Source: Prorocentrum cordatum (lineage: Eukaryota). Taken from it: a stretch of DNA of 64,000 nt. Positions 13,381 through 26,040 of this stretch are shown here, in pieces. Position numbers and translations under genes: made by a program. Where the stretch lies: the NCBI GenBank assembly GCA_963575745.1, contig CAUYUJ010000140.1:1-64000 (forward strand). The letters run 5' to 3'. The notes beneath the pieces were generated by a model, which saw nothing but the letters and a program-made list of their open reading frames with translations, searched no databases and had not been told where the DNA came from. Every line of letters starts with the position of its first letter. Positions within the stretch are counted from its first letter, which is position 1.

Positions 13381-13854
13381 ATGAGGGGGCGCCTTCCACT
13401 CTGATCTCCCCGATGCGGCGGCGACGGGCCCGTCGCGGACGGATGCGCAACAACGATCTGTCCGCCGCGCGGAACTATTGAGACATGATTGTATAAAGTT
13501 GTGCGATGTGCGACGGGCGCGCCGTGGACAGCGAAGTTCAACCGCGCGTGGCGCGCAACATTTTCGGTGCGACGGCGACGGCGGGTGGCCAGACAGATGC
13601 GCAGCGCGTAACCAGGCACGTTCGCCGACGGCACGACAGCGGCCGCCGAGGCCGCGACAGATAGACAGTTCGTTCGTTTCCGGACCTCCCCGCGCGGTGC
13701 GACGGCGACGGGGGAGTGGCCAGACACATGGATTGCACATAGCTGCGCATGTCGGCCTGGCCAACGGTGCGACAGCGACCGGCGGGGCCGCGACAGATAC
13801 ACAGCCTGTTTCCCACCCCCCGCGCGCGGCGCGACGGCGACGGAGGGCGGCCCG

Positions 13855-14275
13855 ACAGATGGACCCAGCCTGCTATGGGCCTCCGACACGCGCGCGCGGG
13901 TTCTGCAGCGCCCACAATAGAAAAGTCGACGCACCCGTCGGCCTCCATAAAGAGCCACAGAAATTTAGAATTCGGTTTATAAGCTTCCACGTCGACTTTT
14001 CTATTGTGGACAACACAGAACTCCGACGCGCGCGCGCGCGCGTCGGGGGTCTGTAGCGCCCGCAATAGAGAAGTCGACGCGCCCGTCGGCCTCTTTAAAG
14101 AGCCACAGAATTTTAGAATTCAGTTTTAAGAATTGCATATCGACTTTTCTCTTGTGCACAACAAAGAACTCCGACGCGCGCGCGCGTCGGGGGTCTGTAG
14201 CGCCCGCAATAGAGAAGTCGACGCGCCCGTCGGCCTCCTTAAAGAGCCACAGAAATGTAGAATTCAGTTTTTAGA
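13855..14275. repeat. ~145-bp palindromic satellite, left block (~3 units)
   Basis: Each unit contains GTCGACTTTTCTATTGTGG..CCGACG(CG)nCGTCGG..CCACAATAGAGAAGTCGAC. Confidence 0.9.
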
Positions 14276-14388
14276 CGCAGCACCCCGCAAGTGCGGATAA
14301 GAGTGAGGGGGCGGGCGCGGGCGACGCGGGCGTCGTCGAGCCAGCGGACCTCGTCGCCCCCACCTTCCCTGTCGATGGCGATCTCCTC

Positions 14389-14423
<35 letters not shown>

Positions 14424-15988
14424 GCCCGAACCCCCCCCTCCTGCCCACCACCCCCCCCCCCCCCCTCCTCTTCATCGTTCCTCGTCTAGGCGTTCATCGT
14501 CCTTCCTCCTCCCCCCCCTCCTCCTCCCTGTTGCTTCCTCGCCCTCCCCTCCTCCCCCCTCGTCATTATCATTTCATCGTCCTCCATCGTCGTCTCCACT
14601 CATTCTGGCCTCCATCATAGTCCTCCCTTGTCTCCATCCCATTCATATCCTCCCCTCCTCCCCACTCTTCGTCCTCCCCCTTCCCGCCCCCCCCCCTCCT
14701 CGCCCTCCTGCTCCTCCTCCTTTTCTCTCTCCACATTATCCTTGCATCCTCTCTTCTGCCGCGTTCTCCTCGTCGCCTGTTTACTCCTCCTGCCTCCCCC
14801 TCCTTTCCCAAGAAAACTACAACGCAGTCCTTTTTTCTACTTTATGCTTCCTGCCTTCTCTGATCAAGGCAACTCGCCAGGGCAAAGTTGCTGGGCGGGC
14901 TGGCGTGGATGCGCGGGGCTTGAAAGGGCCCTTGCGGGCTCAGACGGCACGCGAAACTCCGCCGCCGCGTTTGCGCGGCATTGGTCTGTTCAGTGAACGT
15001 GGTTTAGGTCGCGGCTGGGTCGCGGGCTCTCCACCTACACCTGGAAGGAATGCAAAAGCAACCCGCCGCAGGCGCCAACAACAATTCGCCTGCCCACTGA
15101 ACGTAGTTTGGGTCGCCACCCGCGGGCTCTCCACCGGGAACGGATGCAAAAGATACCCGCCGCAGGCGCCGAAAAATGTAGTTTGCACCCTGGGCGTGGT
15201 CGCGGATGGCCCGCGGGCTCTTCACCTGAAACGAATGCAAAAGATGCCCGCCGTAGGCGCCGAAAAATGTGGTCTGTACCCTGAGCGTGGTTCGGGTCGC
15301 GGGTTGGTCGCGAGTTGGTCACGGGGTGGGTCGCGGGCCCCCCGCCTGGAAGGAATGCAAAAAAAAACCGCCGCAGGCGCCGAAAATGGCGGTTTGTACC
15401 TTCAACGTGGTTAGGGTCGAAGGTGGGTCGCGGGTGGGTCGCGGGGTGGGTCGCGGGTGGGTCGCGGGTGGGTCGCGGGTGGGTCGCGGGTGGGTCGCGG
15501 GGTGGGTCGCGGGGTGGGTCGCGGGGTGGGTCACGGGGTGGGTCGCGGGGTGGGTCGCGGGGTGGGTCGCGGGGTGGGTCGCGGTGCGTGAGTGTCGTGG
15601 GTGTGGGTCGCGGGTGGGTCGCGCGTGGGGTCGCGGGGCGGTCGACGGGGTGGGCCGCAGGGCGGGTCGCGGGGCGGGGCCGGGGGCGGGTCGGCGGGGT
15701 GGGTGCGGGGGGGGTCGCGGGGTGGGGTCGCGGGGTGGGTCGCGGGTGGGGTCGCGGGTGGTCGAGGGTGGGTTCGGAGGGGGGTCGCGGGCTGGTAGCG
15801 GGCGGGTTTCGCGGGGCGGGTTGACGTGCGGGACGCCGACAACAAACAACATCAACAAACAACAAGGCAACCACAACAACAAACAACAACATCAAACAAA
15901 ACAACAACAACGAGAATCCGCGCCGCGGAATTCCACTTCAGCCACGCACCCAGGGACAGTGAATGACCGCTCGGCCCCCTCACTCTGA
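14276..15988 (-). mobile_element. Non-autonomous Helitron2-like element, family A, copy 1
   Basis: Minus-strand 5' end TCAGAGTGAGGGGGC. 13-bp asymmetric IR at 14300-14312 and 15974-15986. Hairpin CCGCA-AG-TGCGG at 14285-14296. Inserted without TSD; intact satellite units show the empty site TTTTAGATTTGCA. Confidence 0.8.
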
Positions 15989-17370
15989 TTTGCATATCGA
16001 CTTTTCTCTTGTGGACAACGCAGAAATCCGACGCGCGCGCGGGGGGTGTTCTGTGGCGCCCACAATAGAGAAGTCGACGCGCCCGTCGGCCCCCTTAAAG
16101 AGCCGCAGAATTTTAGAATTCAGTTTTTAGATTTGCACATCGGCTTTCTTTTGTGCACAACGCAGAACTCCGACGCGCGCGCGCGCGTCGGGGGTCTGTG
16201 GCGCCCACAATAAAAAAGTCGACGCGCCCGACGGCCTCCTTAAAGAGCCGCAGAAATTCAAAATTCAGTTTTTAGAGTGGCATATCGTCTTTTCTATTGT
16301 GGACAACACAGAAATCTGACGCGCGCGCGGCGGGAGTCTGTAGTGCCCACAATAGAGAAGTCGACGCGCCCGTCGGCCTCCATGCAGAGCCACAGAATTT
16401 TAGAATTCGGTTTTTGAAATTGCATGACGACTTTTCCATTGTGGACGACACAGAACTCCGACGCGCGCGCGCGCGCCGGGGGTCTGCAGCGCCCACAATA
16501 GAGAAGTCGACGCGCCCGTCGGCCTCCTGAAAGAGCCACAGAAATGTAGAATTCAGTTTTTAGGTTTGGATATAAACTTTTCTCTTGTGGACGACGCAGA
16601 AATCCAACGCGCGCGCGTCGGGGTCTGTAGTGCCCGCAATACAGCAGTCGACGCGCGCGTCGGCCTCCTTAAAAGAGCCACAGAATTTTAGCATTCAGTT
16701 TGTAGAACTGCATATCGACTTTTCTATTGTGGACAACAAAGAACTCCGGCGCGCGCGCGCGCGCGCGCGCGGTCTGCAGCGCCCACAATAGTGAAGTCGA
16801 CGCGCCCGTCGGCCTCCTTAGTGAGCCACAGAATTTTAGAACTCAGTTTGTAGAACTGCATACCGACTCTTCTATTGTGGACAGCACAGAACTCCGACGC
16901 GCGCGCGCGCGTCGGGGGTCTGCAGCGCCCACGATAGAAAAGTCGACGCGCCCGTCGGCCTCCGTACAGAGCCACAGAATTTTAGAATTCAGTTTGTAGA
17001 ACTGCATACCGACTCTTCTATTGTGGACAGCACAGAACTCCGACGCGCGCGCGCGTCGGGGGTCTCTAATGCCCACAAAAGAGAAGTCGACGCGTCCGTC
17101 GGTCCTCAAAGAGCCGCAGAATTTTAGAATTCAGTTTTCAGGTTTGCATATCGACTTTTCTTTTGTGGGCAACTCAGAACTCCGAGGCGCGCGCGCGCGC
17201 GCGCGCGTCGGGGGTCTGTAGCGCCCACAATAGAGAAGTCGACGCGCCCGACGGCCTCCTTAAAGGGCCACAGAAATTTAGAATTCAGTTTTTAGAATGG
17301 CATATCGACTTTTCTATTGTGGACAACACAGAACTCCGACGCGCGCGCGCGCCGGGGGTCTGTAGCGCGC
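15989..17370. repeat. ~145-bp palindromic satellite, right block (~10 units)
   Basis: (CG)n hairpin centres at about 16028, 16170, 16317, 16458, 16604, 16746, 16894, 17040, 17181 and 17336. Confidence 0.9.
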
Positions 17371-17840
17371 CCCCCCTCCTCCGCCGCGTCGGAAGAACTC
17401 CAAGCCAGTTGCCCAGAGATCCAAGCCGCATGTTCCAACTCAGTCCAAGCCCAAACATTCCCACTACAGTCGGGGCATTGCGCGCGGAGGGAACCAGCGG
17501 CGCCACTGGGAATCGCCCAGAGCTCGGCCTCGATCTGCCCAGCGATTGCCCCGACCGACCTTGGGCGTCGGCCGCGATGGCCGCCTGCGACCACCGTGCT
17601 ACCCAGGGTGACAGCGCGAAGCTGGGTCTCAAACCTCCCCCGGGGCCGTTCAATTTGCGATCGCACTTGCACCCGTCGCCAAGGCCCCCTACGGCTCAAG
17701 CTGGCGGCGCAGGGGACGGGGGCGGCGCGACGAGGCGGCCGAGAAGACGAGGGTGTTCATGGAAAGTGGCGGCCCTCCTACGAGCACTGCGCCTTCTTTG
17801 TCCCAGCGCAATCATCGTGAAGAGAACATAAAAAGAAGGA

Positions 17841-18162
17841 GGGCTCCGTTTGATCGGCGTTGGCTCCGTTTGTGCGGTGTTGGCTCCGTTCGTGCGGTGT
17901 TGGCACCGTTTGTGCGGTGTTGGCTCCGTTCGTGCGGCGTTGGCTTCGTTTGTGCGGTGTTGGCTCCGTTTGTGCGGTGTTGGCTTCGTTTGTGCGGTGT
18001 TGGCCCCGTTCGTGCGGTGGTGGTTGCGTCTGTGCGGTGTTAGCTCCGTTTGTGCGGTGCTGTCTCCGTTTGTGCGACGTTGGCTCCGTTTGTGCCGCGT
18101 TGGCTCCGTTTGTGCGGCGTTGGCTCCGTTTGTGCGGTGTTGGTTCCGTTTGTGCGGTGTTG
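17841..18162 (+). repeat. 20-bp tandem repeat TGGCTCCGTTTGTGCGGTGT, about 16 units
   Basis: Directly visible. Confidence 0.95.
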
Positions 18163-18454
18163 GGATCCCTCGGGGCTCTTCGGGGCGTTTGGGGATTCGT
18201 ACTGGGGCCTGGGAGGCTCTCCCCCCGCCTGGGAATTCGGGTCCGCCCCCCCCTGCGCGCGCCGCCGCGCGTGCCCCCCGCGCGCTGGGGGGGCGGCTTC
18301 TCGACGACGTCGTCGCCGCCGCTGTTGCCCCCCCCGTCGCATTGACATTCTCCGGGGCGAACCTTTGGTCCTAACGTGCTCCGCGCGCCCGGCCCGCGGG
18401 AGCGCAATCCCACTGTACTAAAAATGCATATTCCGCTTGTCTAACGCGGGATTT

Positions 18455-18680
18455 CCGCTTTACTAAAGTGGGCTTGTCCGCTTTACTCAAGTGGCTTTCC
18501 CGCTTTAGTAAAGTGGCGTGCCCGCTTTACTAAAGCGTCCTGTCCGCTTTAGTAAAGTGTCGCTGCCGCTTTACTAAAGTGGCGCTGCTTGGCATTTTAC
18601 AGCAAACGAACCCCTTCGTCCACTTTACTAAAGTGGCGTGCCCGCTTTAGTAAAGTGGCGTGCCCGCTTTACTAAAGTGG
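18455..18680. repeat. ~22-bp tandem repeat with palindromic core CTTTA(C/G)TAAAG, about 9 units
   Basis: CCGCTTTASTAAAGTGG recurs at 21-23-bp spacing. Confidence 0.85.
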
Positions 18681-19082
18681 TTCGTCTGCCAAACACAAGT
18701 TATTTTCGGTCCGAGAATTGTCAATTCTGGTACCGAGAATTGATAATATTCGGGCCCTGGATTCATCAGAGCGCGGGGGGGCGGCCTGGGGGGACGGTGT
18801 CGTGGGCCCCAGAAGTCCCACATAACGCACAGGCCCCCCAGGCCCCAGAAACCACGCAGGATCCCACAAGACCCCAAGGACCCACAAGCCACACAGGCTC
18901 CGCAAACCCCACAGGCTCCACAGGTTCCACAAACACCATGGACCGCACACGCCCCGCAGGTCCCAGAATCACACGTGGTCCCACATGTCGCACCAGCGCA
19001 GAACATCGAGTGTGCCCCACCGGCGCCACAGGCCCGACAATTCGCAAAAGCACCACAGGTCTCACAGGCCACCCAAATCATA

Positions 19083-20859
19083 CGCAGCACCCCGCAATTG
19101 CGGATAAGAGTGAGGGGGCGGGCGCGGGCGACGCGGGCGTCGTCGAGCCGGCGGACCTCGTGGCCCCCACCTTCCCTGTCGATGGCGATTTTCTCCTCCT
19201 CCTCCTCCTCGTCCTCCTCCTCCTCCTCCTCCTCCTCCTCCTCTTCCTCGTCCTCTTCCTCGTCCTCGTCCTCATCGTCGTCGGCGTCCTCCTCCTCCTC
19301 CTCCCTCCTCCTCCTCCTGTTTTTCCTCGTCCTCCCTCTCCCCCCCTCGTCCTTTCATCATCGCCCTCCCATTGTCGTCCTCCCCCTCATCGGCCTCCAT
19401 CATCGTCCTCCCATTGTCGTCCATCATCATCATCATCCTCCCCCTCCTCCCCCTCCTCGTCCTCCTCCTTCCCCTCCTCCCCCTCCTCCCCCTCCTCGTC
19501 CTCCTGCTCCTCCTCCTTTTCTCTCTCCACATTATCCTTACATCCTCTCTTTTGCCGCGTTCTCCTCGTCCCGTGTTCACGCCTCGTGCCTCCCCCCTCC
19601 TTTCCCAAGATAACTGCAGCGCAGTCCTCTTTTCCACTTTATGTTCCCCGCCTTCTCTGATCAAGGCAACTCGCCAGGGCAAAGTTGCTGGACGGGCTGG
19701 TGTGGATGCGCGGGGCTTGAAGAGGTCCTTGCGGGCTCAGACGGCATGCGAAAATCCGCCGCCGCGTTTGCGCGGCATTGGTTTGTTCAGTGAACGTGGT
19801 TTAGGTCGCGGGTGGGTCGCGGGCTCTCCACCTACACCTGGAAGGAATGCAAGAAGCAACCCGCCGCAAGCGCCAACAAACATTGGTTTGTACACTGAAC
19901 GTGGTTTGGGTCGCGGGTGGGCCGCGGGTTCTCCACCGGGAACGAATGCAAAAGATGCCCGCCGCAAGCGCCGAAAAATGTAGTTTGTACCCTGAACGTG
20001 GTTCGGATCGCGGGTTGGTCGCGAGTTGGTCACGGGGTGGGTCGCGGGCTCCCCACCTGGAAGGAATGCAAAAAAAAACCCGCCGCAGGCGCCGAAAATT
20101 GTGGTTTGTACCTTCAACGTGGTTTGGGTCGAAGGTGGGTCGCGGGTGGTCGCGGGGTGGTCGCGGTGGTTTCGCCGGGGCGGGTCGCGGGTGTGTGGGG
20201 TCGCGGGCGGGGTCGCGGAAGTGAGGTCGCGGGAGTGGGTTCGCGGGCGTGGGTCGCGGGTGTGTCGCGGGGTGGGTCGCAAATGGGTCGCAAGTGGGTC
20301 GCGGGGATTGGTCGCGGGCGTGTGGTCGAGGGTGGGTGCGGGTGTGGTCGGTGATTGTGGGGGGTCGCGGGTGTGTCGCGGGGTGGGTCGCAAATGGGTC
20401 GCAAGTGGGTCGCGGGTGGATCGCGGGTGGGTCGCGGATGGGTCGCGAAGTGGGTCGCGGGGAGGGTCACGGGGTGGGTCGCTGATGGGTCGCGGGGTGG
20501 GTCGCGGGTGGGTCGCGGGGTGGGTCGCGGGTGGGTCGCGGGTGGGTCGCGGGCGGGTCCCTGGTCCCCCGGTGCGGGTGGGGCGGACGGCAACAAACAA
20601 CAAACAAACAACAAACAAACAACCAACAAACAAACAACAAACAACAAACAACAAACAACAACAAACAACAACAAACAACAACAAACAACAACAAACAACA
20701 ACAAACGACAACAAACAACAACAACAAACACAACAACAACAACAACAACAACAAAAACAACAACAACAACAACAACAACAACGAGAATCCGCACCGCGGA
20801 ATTTCACTTCAGCCACGCACCCAGGGACAGTGAATGACCGTTCGGCCCCCTCACTCTGA
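19083..20859 (-). mobile_element. Non-autonomous Helitron2-like element, family A, copy 2
   Basis: Same termini and internal order as 14276-15988 (CCT tract, unique core, GGGTCGCGG tract, CAA tract). Hairpin CCGCAATTGCGG. Interrupts a CCACAGG-rich repeat that resumes after 20859. Confidence 0.8.
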
Positions 20860-21392
20860 CATGCCCCATGAATCCCACAGGCCCCTGAGGCCCACAAGGC
20901 CCACAGGTCGCGCTGACCTTGGGCTCCGACGCGCGAGATTGCCAAACTAAGGATTCACGGGCTATGGATGCATCAACCTTGAACCCAAGACGATAAACTC
21001 CAGGGGTTCGGGCCCCTCGGCCCCGGACCCCTTGGCCCCGGATTTCAAAGCCGCCGACCAGGACATTGAACACGAGTGGGCCGCCAGGTCCAAAGCCAAG
21101 GGCCCTGCGCTTCAGAGCTATGGAATCCAAGGGCCCCGTCCCTTCCACTCGCCATCCTCTCCCTTCGTCCGCCCATCCCCCCTCCTCCTCCTCGTCCTCC
21201 TCCTCCTCGTCCCCCCGTCCCCCCATCCCTCCTCCCTCCTCCCTCTTCCTCCCTCCTACTCCCTCCTCCTCCTTCCTCCCCGTTCCTCCTCCCTTTACGT
21301 CCCTCCTCCTCCCTCCTCCCCCCCCCGTCCAGCCTCTTCCCCCTTTCGTCTTCCCTCCCCCCCCCTGCGCTTTTCTCTTCCGGCCCCCCCCC

Positions 21393-21440
<48 letters not shown>

Positions 21441-23338
21441 ATCCATTTCACTCCTCCTCCCGCCTTCTCCCCCCCCTCCCCTTCCTTCCCCGCCCCCCCC
21501 TTCCTCCCCTCCCCCCCGCCTCCCTCCTCCCTCCGCGTTCCCCGCATTTCCTTCCTCCCGCCGCCTCCCCCGCGTCCTCCTCCCCCTTCATCCTGCTCCT
21601 CCTACTCCTCCTACTCCTCGTCCCCCCCCCCCTCTTGAGAGATACGCTGCCGATTTTTTTCCGATCCCTCCCCCTCGGCACGCGGTTTGTCGTTTGTACT
21701 TGACTCGGCGCCGTTTCTGGACGGGCCGGCGGGGGCGCGCCAAGAGGCAAGTTGTTCATGTAAAAAACATGCGTGTAGCTGCCCCCTGGCCCGCCCCCCC
21801 CCCCTCGCCCCCCCCATCGTGAACGCCGCCACTCGACGCCCCGCGCGCGCCGCGGAACAGGCCTGAGTCGTCTCCACGCAAGAGTGATGACCTCTGGCAG
21901 GAGCGACCTTTGGTGCGCACATTTTCGCTCAAAATCGGTCCCCGCACCCCTCCCGGGGCCCAAACTGACTCGTTTCTCGAGCTGCGTCTGGCCGCGGCGA
22001 CGAGGGCCCCCCACCGAGAACCAGAAAGCCGCTCACCAAAGGCCACCAGCGAAAAGTCACTCTCACGCGTCGTGTCTCGCGCAAGCCTCGAATCTCGCTC
22101 GGGCCGCAGAAGCGTCCATGCGAGCGCCCAGATACGTCGCTCAGGCCGCGCGTGCTTGAAAAACTGGGCACGGCTCCACGACGGACCCCCAGGAAAAGGC
22201 TCAAGGCAACGCAGTGCAATGCGGAGCGACGCGGCGCAATGCAACGCAATGCTGTATTTTGTGATAGTTTGAATATGTCATGACGCGAAATACTGTTATC
22301 CGCCACTGTGCCTGCACGGATGGTGCGCATTGGAATGGCCCTCTGTTGAACAGCTGGTGTTAAATTTTGTGGTTAAGCCGACCCTCTCGTTTCACGCGTG
22401 CTTGCAAAACCGCCCCCATCGGACTGCGCCCCCAGGCGCCCTCTTCGGCCTCCAATCGGCCCCAGAAGAAGCACATGCCGCCCGAGCACAACGAAGCTCG
22501 CCCCAAGACGGCCCCGAAAGCCCCCAAGACGGCCGCAAGACTGCCCGAGAAAACCTCGGGACGACACAAAAAGGCCACAAGATGGCCGAAAATGGCGCCC
22601 GCCCGAGAAGGCTGCAAGGGGCGCCCACGAGGCCCCCGAGTGCAAAACAAACATCGATGGTCCAATTAGTTTTACAAGCTGCTTCTTGACGAACTTCCGA
22701 AAACTTGACACGGCCCTTCCTCCTGAAAGTATATTGGATACTACCTCTTGGGGGCGTCTCGGGGCCCCCTAGGGGCAATGAAAGGGAACTCTAGCGGTCG
22801 GTTGGGAACCTCTCGGGAACTCTTCTGGCGTCTCCTGGGAGGACTTTGGGAGATCTGGAAGACAATTTGGAAGGACAAGCTTCCGAATCTTGCTCAAATC
22901 ACTTCTCGCGGGCTGCATCTTCGGGTTTTCGTGCGCCGTCGTGGGGGCGTCTTGGGCCGTGTTGGGGCCTTCCTGGGCCGTACTGGGGCTCGCTTGGGGG
23001 CCCTCTCGTGGGCCTCGGGCGGTTTTCGCGCCCCCCCCCCCCGAAGGGGTGCGTGTTGGATGACGTCGATCAGAAGATGGAGTCCGTATCTCCCCCTCAT
23101 TCTCTCCATCTTCCCTCATTTGTTTCCGGGGTCGACGGGGGGCGGGCGGGGGCGCGAGCGGACGAGGGGCAGCTGCGGCAGCGGCGCAGCAAAGGGAAAT
23201 ACCACGCCCCCAGTTCGCGGGCTCTTTCTTACAGGGCAGTCGAACGACACACAACGGTTCCGTCAACGATTCATTGCACGCGCCGTAGTGGCCAAGAGAG
23301 AACCAGCTGCCCCTCCAAACGAGCGCAAGGTTGCGAAG

Positions 23339-24520
23339 TCCCACGAGCCCTCTGGGAGTGACTGGTTTAAGGCATTTCCTCTCCCAGCTTCCCCTCCTAC
23401 CCCTCGGTGAGGGGTTCACAACTCCCCCAAACACTTCCCCCCTGGACCTGGACACGCGACCCACTGGAGCTTCCAAGATGGCCCAGGATAGCTCTCAGGG
23501 CGCCCCAGGGAGCCCAAGATGACTTCCAAGATGGCTCAAGATAGCCCGCGATAGCTCAACATGGCTCCCAACATGCTCCAAGAGGCCCCCATATCGCCCC
23601 AAGACTGATCCAAATGACCACGAAGCCCCTCCCCTCCAGGACGCCCCAGGGCGCCAGCATCAAGCACCTACCGAAAATCTACGCGTTGTTTGCCTTCCCG
23701 CTCTCTTGCTTTCGATTGCCCCCCGTGGCCCAAGATGACTCCTGGAGGGCCCAAGAGAGCGCCAAAAGAGGCCCAAGAGGGCTCCAAGAGCGCTCCGAAG
23801 CGCCCACAAAAGTGGCCCCGGAGGCGGGCTATCCATGAGGCAGCGATAATTTAGGACCCCCCCCCCCTTCCTTCGATCCATCTCTTCCAAGATTGCCCGA
23901 CCAGGCGCCCGGGAGGCCCGAAGATGCTCCGAAGAGGCCCCCAAGAGACCCCCCCAAGAGACCCCGAAAGAGCCCCCCAAGAGGCCCCCAAGAGACTTCC
24001 ACGAGGCCGCCAAGAGGCCCCCCAAGATGCCCCAAAAGGCCCCCGGGGAGCTCCCAAGAGACATCCGAAGACACACCGAAAAGGCATCCAAAGGGCCTTT
24101 GGCCTTTTTGCTCGCCCCCCGCTTCCTCGATACTGTCCAACCGATTCCTCCTCCTCCTCCCCCCCCTCCTCCCCCCCCCCCTCCTCCTCCTCCTCCTCTC
24201 TGGTCGTTTGGCAACCCCTGCATCTCTTGCACTCTGGAGTTTGGTCGGCAGCGGCGCACTGGAAAAACAAATCCTCTCTGGTCGTTCACCCCCCTACCCC
24301 TCCTCGCCCCCCTCCACTTCCCCGCCCCCCCCCCCCCTTCCCTTCCCCCCCTCATCCCTGCCTCCTCCATCTCGTCCTTCCCCGATCCCCTTCCCCCCTT
24401 TCTAAGGGGCACGGCGGTCCTTTGGTTCTTCTGCGCGCCCCCCTCTTTCCCTAACCAGTGCAACTCGCCTGGGCATCGTTGCTGGATGAGCTGGTGGCGT
24501 CGCGCGAAGCGTTTAGAATT
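23339..24520 (+). mobile_element. Family B Helitron2-like element
   Basis: Starts TCCCACGAGCCCTCTGGG and ends GAGCTGGTGGCGTCG-CGCGAAGCG-TTTAGAATT. Confidence 0.6.
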
Positions 24521-25267
24521 CCCTGCTCGTCGCCCGCGTCGCCCCCATCCCCATCCCGCCCGGCGCTGTCGCCGTCATTCCCGCTGTCTTTCGCCCCTGG
24601 CGTCGCCCTGTCTCCCTGCTCGACCTCCCACCTTCCACATCGTTCCTTGCCTCGTCCTCGCTGTCATCGCCCCCCGCCCTGCGCTGCCGCCCCCCCCCCC
24701 CCCTCGCCCCGACCCTTTCTCCTCATCCTCGCCCCGAGGCGGAGTCGGGAAGGGAAAAGGGGCGCGGTGCATTTTTTATGAAACTCCGGGCGGCTCGAGC
24801 GCCAAAGCGCAGAGGCGGCGCCCCCGCGCGGGGGCGGGAAGCGCGAGAGCAAACCGGGGCGCGGGCAATGACTCTCGCGCCCAACCCCGCCCGCCCCCGC
24901 CCCCGCAATCGCAGGCGGCGCAGGGGGGGAGGGGCGCGTGAAGAGGGAGTGGGGGCGAGGAACATGCGCCAAATGCGGCTGGGCACTGAACAGGGGGAGG
25001 GGGGAGGGCGCCGAACGAAACCGGCGCGCGACCAAACCTGTCATGGGCGACTTCAAGTCGACCCACAAGAGCCTCGGGTGCCGACATAGACTGAACATGT
25101 CCACGTGGGCGTTCTGCGACGCCCGCATGCCAGAGCCCCGCGCCCCGCGCGCAAGGCAGAAATCGGCGACCCCTGATTTCGCGGGTGATCCCCCCCCTTC
25201 CACCCGCCCGCCCCGCCCACCCGCCCGCCCCCCCTGCCCCCCCCCCCACCCCCCTTCGGGCCCCATG

Positions 25268-25289
25268 GAAAAAAAAAAAAAAAAAAACG

Positions 25290-25321
<32 letters not shown>

Positions 25322-25381
25322 AAAAAGTGGAAAAGAAAAAAAAAAAAAAAAACATAAAAAAAAAAAGAAAAAAAAAAAAAA

Positions 25382-25454
<73 letters not shown>

Positions 25455-25520
25455 AAAAAATAGCAAAAAAATAAAAACAAAAAGAAATAAAAAGAAAAAA
25501 AAAGGAGAGAAAAAAAAAAA
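25268..25520 (+). repeat. A-rich tract (~250 bp)
   Basis: Interrupted poly(A). Confidence 0.9.
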
Positions 25521-25854
25521 AGCACTGGGAGCAGCGAACATGATAGTTCGAGCCGGGGCGAACGCACGACGACCATAAGCATGAAGTTTTGTTTGTTTTC
25601 TAAAGGGGGGAAAGAAGGGGGGGCGGGGGGCGAGGGTCAAGACGCGCGGCTCGAGCGAGCAGGCGCCCCCCCCATTGCCCCGCGAACCATTTGCATTGGA
25701 AAAGGGACGCGGCACAATGGGCAGTTTGCCACATGCACGGGGGGGTGCCGCCTTGACGCGCGCCTTCCACTCGAAACGATCGTTTGCCGCGGCGCGATTG
25801 CCCGACGGGGCCCGGCCGCGACGTCGAGCACCCTTCTCGCCATTCTCCCCCAAT

Positions 25855-26040
<186 letters not shown>

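Noticed and set aside
10381..13404. Long ORFs such as 11372-13057 (561 aa)
   Set aside because: They are translations of GT/CA microsatellites and a minisatellite.
13381..13404. CACTCTGA end resembling the family A 5' terminus
   Set aside because: No convincing partner inverted repeat or hairpin was found upstream.
13855..17370. Palindromic repeats with spacers resembling a CRISPR array
   Set aside because: The spacers are homologous to each other, the unit is ~145 bp, there are no cas genes and the context is eukaryotic; it is a satellite.
25268..25520. Poly(A) tail of a retroelement
   Set aside because: No reverse-transcriptase ORF or TSD nearby; may be poorly resolved sequence.
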